Virus record (IMG/VR): IMGVR_UViG_3300045988_167732
Location: 64,001 to 128,000 of that record
Strand: one strand, 5' to 3'
DNA from: a virus
DNA: 64,000 nucleotides
Below, in pieces: positions 16,444-25,119 of the stretch (its first letter is position 1; each line of letters starts with the position of its first letter). Both the position numbers and the translations under genes were made by a program. The notes under the pieces were generated by a model, which saw only the letters and a program-made list of their open reading frames with translations, searched no databases and was not told the DNA's origin.

Positions 16444-16663
16444 ATGTTTTTGTGATAGATGCGGAATGCCTATTTCAAATCTTTTCAATATGAAGGTTTT
16501 GAAAATTAAAAGACATTTTGAACGTGGCGGCGAAATTTGGGATGATTATCAATCTTATGATTTATGTAGTAATTGTTTAAAGAATGTGGAAGAATTTCTT
16601 CAAAAAAAACAATTCTTAAAAATACTTTCAAATAATGGGAAAAGAAGCCATGAAAAATTTTAA
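16433..16663 (+). CDS. zinc-ribbon protein (76 aa)
   Basis: ATG 16433 after AAAGGAG; CDRC...CSNC. Confidence 0.6.
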   Translation: MATKCFCDRCGMPISNLFNMKVLKIKRHFERGGEIWDDYQSYDLCSNCLKNVEEFLQKKQFLKILSNNGKRSHEKF

Positions 16664-16952
16664 AAATAAACTTCTTGGTTTTTGGTATTATATTAAATTC
16701 TATTATATTCATCCTAATAAACCTTATATGGATAAATTAAAACGAGCAAGTGAAGTAATGAAAGCAAGTCCTTATTCATATAAGCAGTGGGCTGAAATTT
16801 TAAATAGGTCAGAAAAAGATGTAAGAAAGATTTTTCATAAGAGATTTTTCTTAACATGGAGAGATTACCAAATTATTGCAAATAAAACTAATACTACAGT
16901 AGCATATTTAATGCAAGGGACTACTGATAGTATATATATTAAAAGGAGTTAA
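16635..16952 (+). CDS. hypothetical protein, possibly helix-turn-helix
   Basis: ORF track; start ambiguous (16635 or 16650). Confidence 0.55.
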   Translation: MGKEAMKNFKNKLLGFWYYIKFYYIHPNKPYMDKLKRASEVMKASPYSYKQWAEILNRSEKDVRKIFHKRFFLTWRDYQIIANKTNTTVAYLMQGTTDSIYIKRS

Positions 16953-16958
16953 TTTAAA

Positions 16959-17339
16959 GTGAATTTGAAGAAAAGCTATACTTATTATATTGTATATATG
17001 GGCTTGAAACCTGAAGCAACTATTACAACTTATGGTAATGAAGAACGCACTCTTGATAAAGAGATTGACAGCATGGATGATATTGTTGCAATTCAAACAA
17101 AGCTCAATGAAGAATACGGCTTTGCTGATTGCGTAATTATGTTTTATAAACTCCTTAGAACTTCTTATAATACCGTTCAGAATAATCCTAGTGGTATGGC
17201 TGATATGATGAGCGCTATGGCAGGAATGATGGGTAGTGGACTTCCTCAGACTACTACAGAAGTTTCTGCTGATGAAGTAAAGGATGAAAAAAATGTCGAA
17301 GAAGCAAAGGAAGAAGATACGACAAGCAAAATTCAGTGA
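16959..17339 (+). CDS. hypothetical protein (126 aa)
   Basis: GTG start after AAAGGAG. Confidence 0.6.
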   Translation: MNLKKSYTYYIVYMGLKPEATITTYGNEERTLDKEIDSMDDIVAIQTKLNEEYGFADCVIMFYKLLRTSYNTVQNNPSGMADMMSAMAGMMGSGLPQTTTEVSADEVKDEKNVEEAKEEDTTSKIQ

Positions 17340-17682
17340 TTATCAATATAATGATAATGACCCTCGTTTTAAAGTTCTATTCCGTAATGGAGACTGGCTT
17401 GTAATTAAATTTATCAATGATGGAGCTTTTTATTCTTACTGCTTAAATTGTAGAGAATATCTTCATGCTACCTCCACTTTGTCTAATCCAGAATTTATTA
17501 CAAGATACTCTCTTGAAAGAGAATTTACTTATTGCCCTTATTGCGGAAGTAAAAATCTTAAAGATAAAAAATCAGCAAAAAAGAAAAATTATTCTTATCT
17601 AATTGAAGAAAAAGCTATCCAATACAAAGACTTACCAGAAGAATTAAAATTATATCCTTATAAAATTGGTAAGAAAACTTAA
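17293..17682 (+). CDS. zinc-ribbon protein
   Basis: ORF track; CLNC...CPYC; start ambiguous (17284 or 17293). Confidence 0.6.
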   Translation: MSKKQRKKIRQAKFSDYQYNDNDPRFKVLFRNGDWLVIKFINDGAFYSYCLNCREYLHATSTLSNPEFITRYSLEREFTYCPYCGSKNLKDKKSAKKKNYSYLIEEKAIQYKDLPEELKLYPYKIGKKT

Positions 17683-17689
17683 TAACCAC

Positions 17690-17718
17690 TTGACAACTCT
17701 CTTTGCTTGTAGTATTAT
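17690..17718 (+). promoter_or_regulatory. sigma70-type promoter
   Basis: TTGACA, 17-nt spacer, TATTAT. Confidence 0.65.
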
Positions 17719-17757
17719 ATAAATACAAATCGAAAAAGTAAGGAGAGTTGTTAAATT

Positions 17758-18294
17758 ATGTTTACTAAACAGGAATATCTTGAAGAATATAAGAACTATA
17801 ATAAAAACGCTAACATTACTAAGCTTCTTGGTTATATTGAGGAACGTCTTGACCACAATGCCAATTTAGGATGTAGTGTTGCTCATTTTGAAAATTTTCA
17901 GCTCAGGCCGACTTTGTGGAAAATTTTAACCAATGATAAGCGATTTAAAGAAATTTGTAAATGTAGAGGATACGACATTACTTTTCAGAAGAATGAAGAT
18001 GGTTCTTGGGTTGATATTACCAGCGCCAAAGCAAAAGAAGATGCAGAAGATTGGAATCAGTTTTTTAAAGATAATGATGTAAGTTTTTTCTTTAATATTA
18101 TTATGGGGCGTCTTTTCGCTCTTGGCCTTGAAAAGAATATTAAGCATCCTTATTATACTATTCATAAAGATTGCTGTAGTTCTATTGTTTGGGAATTGGC
18201 AAACAATAAAACTTTTCTTGAAAAGATTGTTGAAAATGGATGGGACTTTGATTGTGGTCCTGACTCTATCCCTTATATTCAAATTAAGGGATAA
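17758..18294 (+). CDS. hypothetical protein (178 aa)
   Basis: ORF track; SD AAGGAGAG. Confidence 0.7.
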   Translation: MFTKQEYLEEYKNYNKNANITKLLGYIEERLDHNANLGCSVAHFENFQLRPTLWKILTNDKRFKEICKCRGYDITFQKNEDGSWVDITSAKAKEDAEDWNQFFKDNDVSFFFNIIMGRLFALGLEKNIKHPYYTIHKDCCSSIVWELANNKTFLEKIVENGWDFDCGPDSIPYIQIKG

Positions 18295-18320
18295 TTAAAT
18301 AATATGTGTAGGAGAGAAAA

Positions 18321-18536
18321 ATGTATATTCCAAAAGATGACAGATAGGTATCTTTACTTTCTTTTACTGGCTGTGATGAAAAGAAATGTCCATGGAAGGA
18401 TTGTGTAAGGCATCCCGAAAGTGGATTTACCTATAATTCTATAGGGCATTTATCTTATCTTTGTAAAAAATTTAAAGAAGTCCCGAAAGAAGTTGAAGAA
18501 ACGAAGGAGAAAGAAACAAAGACAAATGATTCTTAA
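18321..18536 (+). CDS. hypothetical protein (71 aa) with one in-frame TAG
   Basis: ATG after AGGAGAG; TAG at 18345-18347; ends at TAA 18534-18536; absent from the ORF track. Confidence 0.5.
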
Positions 18537-18882
18537 AATTATTATTAACCTTTGGCGATTTGTTTTTATTCTGGATGTTTTAGTTTTCTTTTATCTTGTC
18601 AGAGAAGTTACAAAATATGTAAACGATTTCTTTGACGCGAGAAATGTTAAGATTAAAGTATCCAGTACTGGTTCTGCAATTCCAATCATTCAAATTCTTA
18701 TTCTAAGTGCTCTTCCAATCATTAATATTATTTTAGGTTGGACATGGATATTTAATTACCAAAAATTTATGAAATTAACTTGCATTAAGCTAAATAAATA
18801 TCTTTATAAGATGGGCATCATTTCTGATGAATTAAAAGATGAATTTTATCATAAAGTCATTAAAGATTTTGAAGGGGTTTAA
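18526..18882 (+). CDS. membrane protein
   Basis: In-frame ATG 18526 within ORF 18493-18882; hydrophobic segments. Confidence 0.6.
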   Translation: MILKIIINLWRFVFILDVLVFFYLVREVTKYVNDFFDARNVKIKVSSTGSAIPIIQILILSALPIINIILGWTWIFNYQKFMKLTCIKLNKYLYKMGIISDELKDEFYHKVIKDFEGV

Positions 18883-18887
18883 TTGAT

Positions 18888-19376
18888 ATGAAAATTGAAA
18901 AAGAAGTAATTCCTGCTCAAGAAAAAACATATTGGGTTGCAGATGATGGTCGTAGATTTTCTACCGAAGAAGAATGTTTCGCTTATGAAAAAAGAGCAAG
19001 TATTCGTGATGTGATGAATAAGCGTGCCTTTTGTGTTCCCAATCTTTATGAAGATAAAACAGAGTTTTGGTTCATTTTAGGTGAAGAAGCTACTCCTACT
19101 TATCTTATTAGTTATATTGAATATTTTTTAAGAGTTTATATTAGCTCTTGGCAAAAAAAGACTTTGACTTTAGCTTGTTCAGAACAGAAAAAAGACCAGA
19201 AGTATTATCTTATTGGATTAAGAATTGACAATAGTGGAGATAATGCTACTTTTGAAGTTCTTAATATTGATTCCGCAGAAGAAGAAACAAAAGAAGCTAT
19301 CACTGATTATAAAAAAATCTTGAAAGAATACTCGGCTCTTAGAAAAAGACTGTCTATTTTTCCCGAAACAAATTAA
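18888..19376 (+). CDS. hypothetical protein (162 aa)
   Basis: ORF track; SD AAGGGG. Confidence 0.7.
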   Translation: MKIEKEVIPAQEKTYWVADDGRRFSTEEECFAYEKRASIRDVMNKRAFCVPNLYEDKTEFWFILGEEATPTYLISYIEYFLRVYISSWQKKTLTLACSEQKKDQKYYLIGLRIDNSGDNATFEVLNIDSAEEETKEAITDYKKILKEYSALRKRLSIFPETN

Positions 19377-19383
19377 TAAATAC

Positions 19384-19412
19384 TTGACAACTCTTTTTAG
19401 GTCTGGTATACT
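19384..19412 (+). promoter_or_regulatory. sigma70-type promoter
   Basis: TTGACA, 17-nt spacer, TGGTATACT. Confidence 0.65.
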
Positions 19413-19451
19413 TTGAATATAAAGTAAATCATTCCTGAAAGGGGTTGTTTA

Positions 19452-19790
19452 ATGTATAATCGTAATTTTCATAATAAAATTGGTTCGGACAAAATCAAGC
19501 TCACTTTCCATTCTCGTGACCGTGGTTTGGAAAGATTGGGTATTAAGAATGAAAGAGAGCTTCGTCAATTAGCTTGCAATGCTCGTAACAAAGGTATCAA
19601 TCTTGATGCTGTAACTATTTACAACTACGAAAAGATTGGACTAACCAATGAAGAAATGTACGCTTTTAAGCGTCGTTTCCGTACCAAGTCCAACAGCGAG
19701 CGTATTTATTACCACAAAGGTTTTGTTTTTGTATTTGCTGGTAAAAATGCTTGTACACTTAAAACTGTAATCGAACTAAAAAATATTTGA
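19452..19790 (+). CDS. hypothetical basic protein (112 aa)
   Basis: ORF track; SD AAAGGGG; biased codons. Confidence 0.7.
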   Translation: MYNRNFHNKIGSDKIKLTFHSRDRGLERLGIKNERELRQLACNARNKGINLDAVTIYNYEKIGLTNEEMYAFKRRFRTKSNSERIYYHKGFVFVFAGKNACTLKTVIELKNI

Positions 19791-19799
19791 GGTGAAATT

Positions 19800-20204
19800 A
19801 TGAATTATAAAACTGGAAATAATGTAGTAGAAAATAAAATTGTTACTTATTATCCTGTTCTTGTGGTTAAGTTTAATGAATACAAATGTGCTTATTATAT
19901 TAAACGTGACCTTTTGTATTCTGTTCCTAATTATTTTTTCACTCAAGACATAGAAGAAGATAACATTCTTTGCGCAAATTCTGAGGGAGAGGCTTTAGCA
20001 TTGGTTGGAGAATTTAAATCTGACCCAAACAGCGAAAGTTTAATTAACACTTTCGTTAAAGCAGTTAAATCTTATAATAATCCCATCCATCTCCCAGAGG
20101 CTCCTCAATATATTGAACATTACTTTTCTGTTATTTGCAAAAAGCACGTTTTTACTACTTCTCTAATGGACAATAAATATCACACTTCCCCTGAAAACTT
20201 TTAA
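19800..20204 (+). CDS. hypothetical protein (134 aa)
   Basis: ORF track; SD GAGGTG. Confidence 0.7.
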   Translation: MNYKTGNNVVENKIVTYYPVLVVKFNEYKCAYYIKRDLLYSVPNYFFTQDIEEDNILCANSEGEALALVGEFKSDPNSESLINTFVKAVKSYNNPIHLPEAPQYIEHYFSVICKKHVFTTSLMDNKYHTSPENF

Positions 20205-20215
20205 GGAGGTTTTAT

Positions 20216-20725
20216 ATGGATAACTATGAAGCTATGAAGCCTTGGGAGCACGGAAAGATTGTTGAAATTCATCATGATATTAAGTCTATTTCTGTGTATC
20301 CTGTCGTTTATGAAAACAAAGATTTTTATGTCTGTCGAGTATCAGGTTCTACAGAAATAATTACAATTAGAAAAAATTCTTGTCAAAATTACGTCTTTGA
20401 ATCTTACGAAAAGTATATGAGTTGGAGACGAAACAACCCTCTTGCTAGTCTTAATAGCAGACATTTCTTTGTATATATCCCCAAGGATGGGAAAATTTCT
20501 TTCGCTGACAATTTTCCTGTTAGAGATTCTCTTGATGAAGCATTGGCTAAAGCTGAACACGCTTATGATGAAGAGGAGAAATCTTTTAAGCGTTTGCAAA
20601 CCAGCTTTGAATATTATGCCAATAGAATTGAAGACACAAAAGAAACTTTAAGACAGAAAATGTCACGTATTGAAAATATTAAGGCTCAAATTGCGGAAAG
20701 GGACAAGAATAAAAATGGTATTTAA
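20216..20725 (+). CDS. hypothetical protein (169 aa)
   Basis: ORF track; SD AAGGAGG. Confidence 0.7.
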   Translation: MDNYEAMKPWEHGKIVEIHHDIKSISVYPVVYENKDFYVCRVSGSTEIITIRKNSCQNYVFESYEKYMSWRRNNPLASLNSRHFFVYIPKDGKISFADNFPVRDSLDEALAKAEHAYDEEEKSFKRLQTSFEYYANRIEDTKETLRQKMSRIENIKAQIAERDKNKNGI

Positions 20726-21047
20726 TCTTACAGATAACGGTCTTACTCATTCTAATATGGAGACTTATTATTGTATTGGTATTCCCCGAAAGAAACTTCC
20801 TCTTAACTATGGTGAATCACCTTCTTATGGTTTTGCTAATAGAGGTTGGTCTAATATACCGTATCTCATTGCAGAGAATTTCACTCTTTCCTGTTTTTCT
20901 TTTGACAATGAAAAGTGTGCTAAAGAATGGTGGAGTAAGAATAAGAAGTTTTTCCTTGAAAACAAAACTTATACCAAGGAATATGACTTTAATTATGCAA
21001 AGATTATCAAGGTAGAAATTGGTAGTAAGTATACTATTATGCGTTAA
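20715..21047 (+). CDS. hypothetical protein (110 aa)
   Basis: In-frame ATG 20715 within ORF 20670-21047. Confidence 0.6.
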   Translation: MVFNLTDNGLTHSNMETYYCIGIPRKKLPLNYGESPSYGFANRGWSNIPYLIAENFTLSCFSFDNEKCAKEWWSKNKKFFLENKTYTKEYDFNYAKIIKVEIGSKYTIMR

Positions 21048-21058
21048 AGGAGAATACT

Positions 21059-21451
21059 ATGGTTAACCTTAAAAATCAGCCTGTGTATTATATTACCATT
21101 AAAGCAAACCGAGACTCTGAAATTAAGACTCTTTATGCTGGTGAACACTTTGGTGAAGGTGGTTTTTTCATCAATTTCGATTCAGCAAAGCGTTTTAGTT
21201 GTCCTCTTTCTGCTGAAAAGTGGTTTAAGTTTAATTTCGATGAAACTAATCTTCCTCCTGAATATTATGACTGGACAAGCATTACCATTGAAGAGCTTAA
21301 GCTTGTTCCTGTTATGAATATCTATCTTTCTAAGGAAGAGACGATTTCAAATTCTAAAACTCTTGAAACCACCACAAGGCAAGAAAAGCCTAAGCGTACT
21401 TACAAAAAGAAAAAGGTAGAAGACAAAATCGACACCATTCCAGATACTTAA
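21059..21451 (+). CDS. hypothetical protein (130 aa)
   Basis: ORF track; SD AAAGGAG. Confidence 0.7.
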   Translation: MVNLKNQPVYYITIKANRDSEIKTLYAGEHFGEGGFFINFDSAKRFSCPLSAEKWFKFNFDETNLPPEYYDWTSITIEELKLVPVMNIYLSKEETISNSKTLETTTRQEKPKRTYKKKKVEDKIDTIPDT

Positions 21452-21477
21452 TTCATAAAAATTTAACAGTTTATCTA

Positions 21478-21506
21478 TTGACAGATATTCTTTTTTATGC
21501 TAAACT
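21478..21506 (+). promoter_or_regulatory. sigma70-type promoter
   Basis: TTGACA, 17-nt spacer, TGCTAAACT; embedded in a 15-bp hairpin (21480-21494 with 21515-21529). Confidence 0.6.
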
Positions 21507-21582
21507 AGTTATAGAAAAGGATATCTGTCCTTTATTTTAATTTAAATAAATCTGTTGAAATACACAGAAGAATGGAGATAAT

Positions 21583-22614
21583 ATGGCAACTGTTTAGTAT
21601 CATTATGGTAAAAATAATTCTTTGCTTCGTTGGTATCATCCTATTGTAAGAGGCGTGACTTATAATAATGTGGTGGTAATTGATTGGCCTAAGAGTGAAC
21701 TAAAGAGCGCAAGTATAGATATGTGTACGCAACCAAAGCTTAGTCCTGAAAAAATGTATAACCTTTATGGTTATAAACCTGATGTTGTAACAAACGCTTT
21801 CTTCTTTGATACTGCAAGCGGAACTTCTATCTGGAATTTGAAAAGTAATAATACTGTTTATGCCAAAGATGGTAATTTCTCTAATGGCTGGGGTATTACA
21901 AATTCTGGAAAGATTATGAATGGCGTATTTAACAATGGTGTTGGTTGGAGAGACTTTGGCACAGAATATCCTGCTTTATTTAAAAATAAACAGCCTCAAT
22001 CTGTAAAAAACTATGCTGACATTGATTATGAAGCCAAAAGACAGATGTTCGGTTGGACAAAGACAGATGGTAATCCTAAAAACGAAAAGTATTTTATTGT
22101 TTCTGTTGTATCTGGTGGTATGAAACTTTCCACTGCTCAGAATCTTATTAAATCTCTTTTTCCTGATGTAGATTATTGTTGCAATCAAGATGGCGGAAAT
22201 TCTACTTATACAAACTTTGAAGGAAAGCGTCTTTCTGCGTCTGGTTGGTTAAGACCTGTTGATTCTATTCTTGCTTTCTGGCTTCGTTCTAATGCTGAAA
22301 GAGAAAAAGCAGAAACAGAAGAAAAGAAACAAGACAAGGCTAACAAAAAAGAAGAAAACCGTCCTAAGAAAACTGGCTACCGTTGTCAGTTAGGAGCTTT
22401 TAGCAATTCTACTCGTGCAATTACTTACAGAAATGAAATTAGAACTCTTACTGGTGTAATTGATTATTCAACGGCTTTCTGTGTTCAAGACCCCAAAACA
22501 AAGCTCTATAAGGTCCAAGTAGGTTTTTTTGCTAAAAAGTCTGGTGCTGAAAAGGTTAAGGCAGATTTGGCTGAAAAGGGATATAATTGTTATATTTGCT
22601 ATGTGGAGGAATAA
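21583..22614 (+). CDS. cell-wall hydrolase: phosphodiester-glycosidase-like N-domain plus C-terminal SPOR domain; TAG at codon 5
   Basis: ATG 21583 after GGAG; TAG 21595-21597 in frame with ORF 21622-22614; NAFFFD and NQDGGNST motifs; C-terminus YRCQLGAFSN...YKVQVGFFAKK is SPOR-like. Confidence 0.65.
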
Positions 22615-22979
22615 TGAAAATTTTTGATACTTGTCTTAAAATTGAAGAAATTTTAAAAGGTTATCTTATAGCTTCTAATAAAACAAGCGACAAAAAGAAA
22701 TCTGAATATTATAAGCATGAAGCTTACAGATTAAATTTTGCTACGAGAGAACTTGATTTATTTTATAACTGGGGCTTTTCTAATCTTGTTTATGTACCCA
22801 ATCTAAATCATTGGGCTTGTGTAATGCCTAAAGACTATGAATATCTTAATTCTACTTCTTATCCCTATTCCAAAGAAGACCCTCCTATTATCTTTGTAAG
22901 TGGTAATGTTGATAGTGTATTAGATGAATATTTAAGCGAATTAGATGAATATTTAAATGAGGAAAAAGGTAATGAATGA
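22614..22979 (+). CDS. hypothetical protein (121 aa)
   Basis: ATG 22614 in a TAATG overlap; in frame with ORF 22587-22979. Confidence 0.6.
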   Translation: MKIFDTCLKIEEILKGYLIASNKTSDKKKSEYYKHEAYRLNFATRELDLFYNWGFSNLVYVPNLNHWACVMPKDYEYLNSTSYPYSKEDPPIIFVSGNVDSVLDEYLSELDEYLNEEKGNE

Positions 22980-23277
22980 GAAGAAGTATGAAGTGATTTC
23001 TGATATTACCTCTCCTATTGATTAGGAAATTGCAGATTTTGTTCAGCGTATTATTGACCAAGACGAAACTCTGGCTTCTTTGACTGATACTTTTTTTATC
23101 AGTTATGATTATGAGTATGAAAATGTTTATATTTGCACTACCTATCCACAGTATTTAATTGTAATTAATCACCAACTTTTTAAAGATTTGTGTGATATAA
23201 TTAATGAGTATTATGGATTTTCTGTCTTTGTTAGAAAAGTTGATTCAATTATTAGCATTAAATCCAAGGAAAGCTAA
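22972..23277 (+). CDS. hypothetical protein (101 aa) with one in-frame TAG
   Basis: ATG 22972 overlaps the previous stop; TAG 23023-23025; in frame with ORF 23080-23277. Confidence 0.55.
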
Positions 23278-23297
23278 CAATTTAATTTAATAAATAG

Positions 23298-23326
23298 TTG
23301 ACAACACCTCTCCTTTATGGTATATT
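23298..23326 (+). promoter_or_regulatory. sigma70-type promoter
   Basis: TTGACA, 17-nt spacer, TGGTATATT. Confidence 0.7.
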
Positions 23327-23353
23327 AAATGTACTAAAAAGAGAGGTGTTTTT

Positions 23354-23914
23354 ATGCTTGGAATTTTATGTGCTATTGGTGGATTTTTCGTTGTTGTATT
23401 TATTATATTTGTTTGTTGTTTTGCGTATATCATTTATAAAGATGGAGATGATGGATATAAAAACACAATAATTGATTGGATTAAAGAATATCGCAAAGAT
23501 TGGCGTAATTGGGCGCGTTTAAAGTTTAACGAATGGAAAAAATATTATATTTTAGCTCCTGATGAATGGAGACTGGCATGGTTTGCTCCTATGCGATTTA
23601 TTACAGATAAACACGGAACTAGGGATACAGTTCATATTAATTTTGGCTTTATTGGAAATATTAGATATATCCTTTTTAAGCATAACATGGATAACAAGTA
23701 TGAAAAGAATAAATCTGCTCAACGCTCTCAAGATAATTTAAGATATGTTCTCGAAGCTGTTCAAGGAGATATTGATAAAATCCAAAAGAAAACCGAAGAG
23801 GAAATCAATAAAGCCAAAGAAGAGACAGATAAGATTCGAAAGTCTTATTTAAACGAAGAATCTTATTTAAATAAAGAAATTGAATTAAAATCTACTGATA
23901 AATGGGAGAATTGA
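23354..23914 (+). CDS. membrane-anchored protein, tandem paralog A
   Basis: ORF track; INFGFIGNIRY and LEAVQGDIDKIQKK motifs shared with the 23916 gene. Confidence 0.7.
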   Translation: MLGILCAIGGFFVVVFIIFVCCFAYIIYKDGDDGYKNTIIDWIKEYRKDWRNWARLKFNEWKKYYILAPDEWRLAWFAPMRFITDKHGTRDTVHINFGFIGNIRYILFKHNMDNKYEKNKSAQRSQDNLRYVLEAVQGDIDKIQKKTEEEINKAKEETDKIRKSYLNEESYLNKEIELKSTDKWEN

Positions 23915-23915
23915 T

Positions 23916-24545
23916 ATGCTGACATTAAAAATTTTTATGATTTTTCTTCTTGTTGCTTTGGCAGGATTTTGTTTTTGGCTTTCTTGGTCTCTTTTTCTTG
24001 GTCCACTTATTTTAAAAGGAATCTTTGATGCTGATTTAGATAATATCAATGAAAAGCGCAAAGGCGAAGAATGTACCAAGATGGATTTTGATAAGTGGTA
24101 CGACATTTTTTGTTTAAACAATGAGAAATGGAATTTGGGTTGTCTTCCGTATTGTCGTGTTGATACAACAAGACAAAGATTTGGAGAAATTATTCTTACT
24201 TCAAATTATTGGAATTATAATTATGGTGTTAAAAATATTTATGTGGATTTTGGTTTTATTGGCAATCTAAAATATTCTCGTTGGCGTCATAAATATCTTA
24301 AAAATAAAAAGACCAAAGAAATTCAAGAAAGAGAAGTAAAAAATCTTAAATTTATTCTTGAAAGCGCTCAGGAAGATATTGAAATTCTCAAAAAGCAATC
24401 CAAAGAAGAAATTAACAAAGCAGCAGAAACCACTAAAAAAGTCAAAGAGAATCTTGACAAACAAAAGTTACGAAAGATGAAAACAGGGTATGATAATGAC
24501 CCTCCAATGTACTCCATCTTTAGATATGATGACGTAGAGTTTTAA
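23916..24545 (+). CDS. membrane-anchored protein, tandem paralog B
   Basis: VDFGFIGNLKY and LESAQEDIEILKK motifs. Confidence 0.7.
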   Translation: MLTLKIFMIFLLVALAGFCFWLSWSLFLGPLILKGIFDADLDNINEKRKGEECTKMDFDKWYDIFCLNNEKWNLGCLPYCRVDTTRQRFGEIILTSNYWNYNYGVKNIYVDFGFIGNLKYSRWRHKYLKNKKTKEIQEREVKNLKFILESAQEDIEILKKQSKEEINKAAETTKKVKENLDKQKLRKMKTGYDNDPPMYSIFRYDDVEF

Positions 24546-24591
24546 ATAAAAGATTTCTTTTATTTGATTAAAATGCTAAGGAGAATATTTA

Positions 24592-24813
24592 ATGTTTATT
24601 TGTTATGATAATTGTTTATTTAATTCCGATAATATTAATTTTATGAGAGTTAATGAAAGAGATGTCATAATTGGCTTGATGGGTGAAAATCATATTTTGA
24701 AGTATGAAAATAAAGACCTTGTAAAAAAGGCTTACTCTAAAATTCGTGTTGCTATTACAAAGAATTCTTCTATTGTAGATATCTCTGAAAGCAAACTTAA
24801 GGAGACAACTTAA
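24592..24813 (+). CDS. hypothetical small protein (MFICYDN family)
   Basis: ORF track; SD AAGGAG. Confidence 0.6.
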   Translation: MFICYDNCLFNSDNINFMRVNERDVIIGLMGENHILKYENKDLVKKAYSKIRVAITKNSSIVDISESKLKETT

Positions 24814-25119
24814 ATGATTATTTGTTATGATAATCAAATTATTAATTTAGATATGGGATGGAGAGCTATTCACATTACTGCCTGTAGAGATTTTGGCTGG
24901 GAAATTTCTCCCCCTGTTTATTCTCTTACTATTGAGCTTAATGATAAATCTTCTTGTAGTTTAGGAGTTTTTAGCGAAGATGAGTATTGTTTGGCAAAAA
25001 TAATGATGGACAAAATTAAAGAAGGGTTAGCGAACAATATTTCTTTCCTTGACCTTGATGATTACTTGAAAATGTGGAAGAAGAAATTAGAAAAAGAAAA
25101 GGAAACTAAGAATGGATAA
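24814..25119 (+). CDS. hypothetical small protein (MIICYDN family)
   Basis: ORF track; the N-terminus is paralogous to the previous gene. Confidence 0.6.
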   Translation: MIICYDNQIINLDMGWRAIHITACRDFGWEISPPVYSLTIELNDKSSCSLGVFSEDEYCLAKIMMDKIKEGLANNISFLDLDDYLKMWKKKLEKEKETKNG

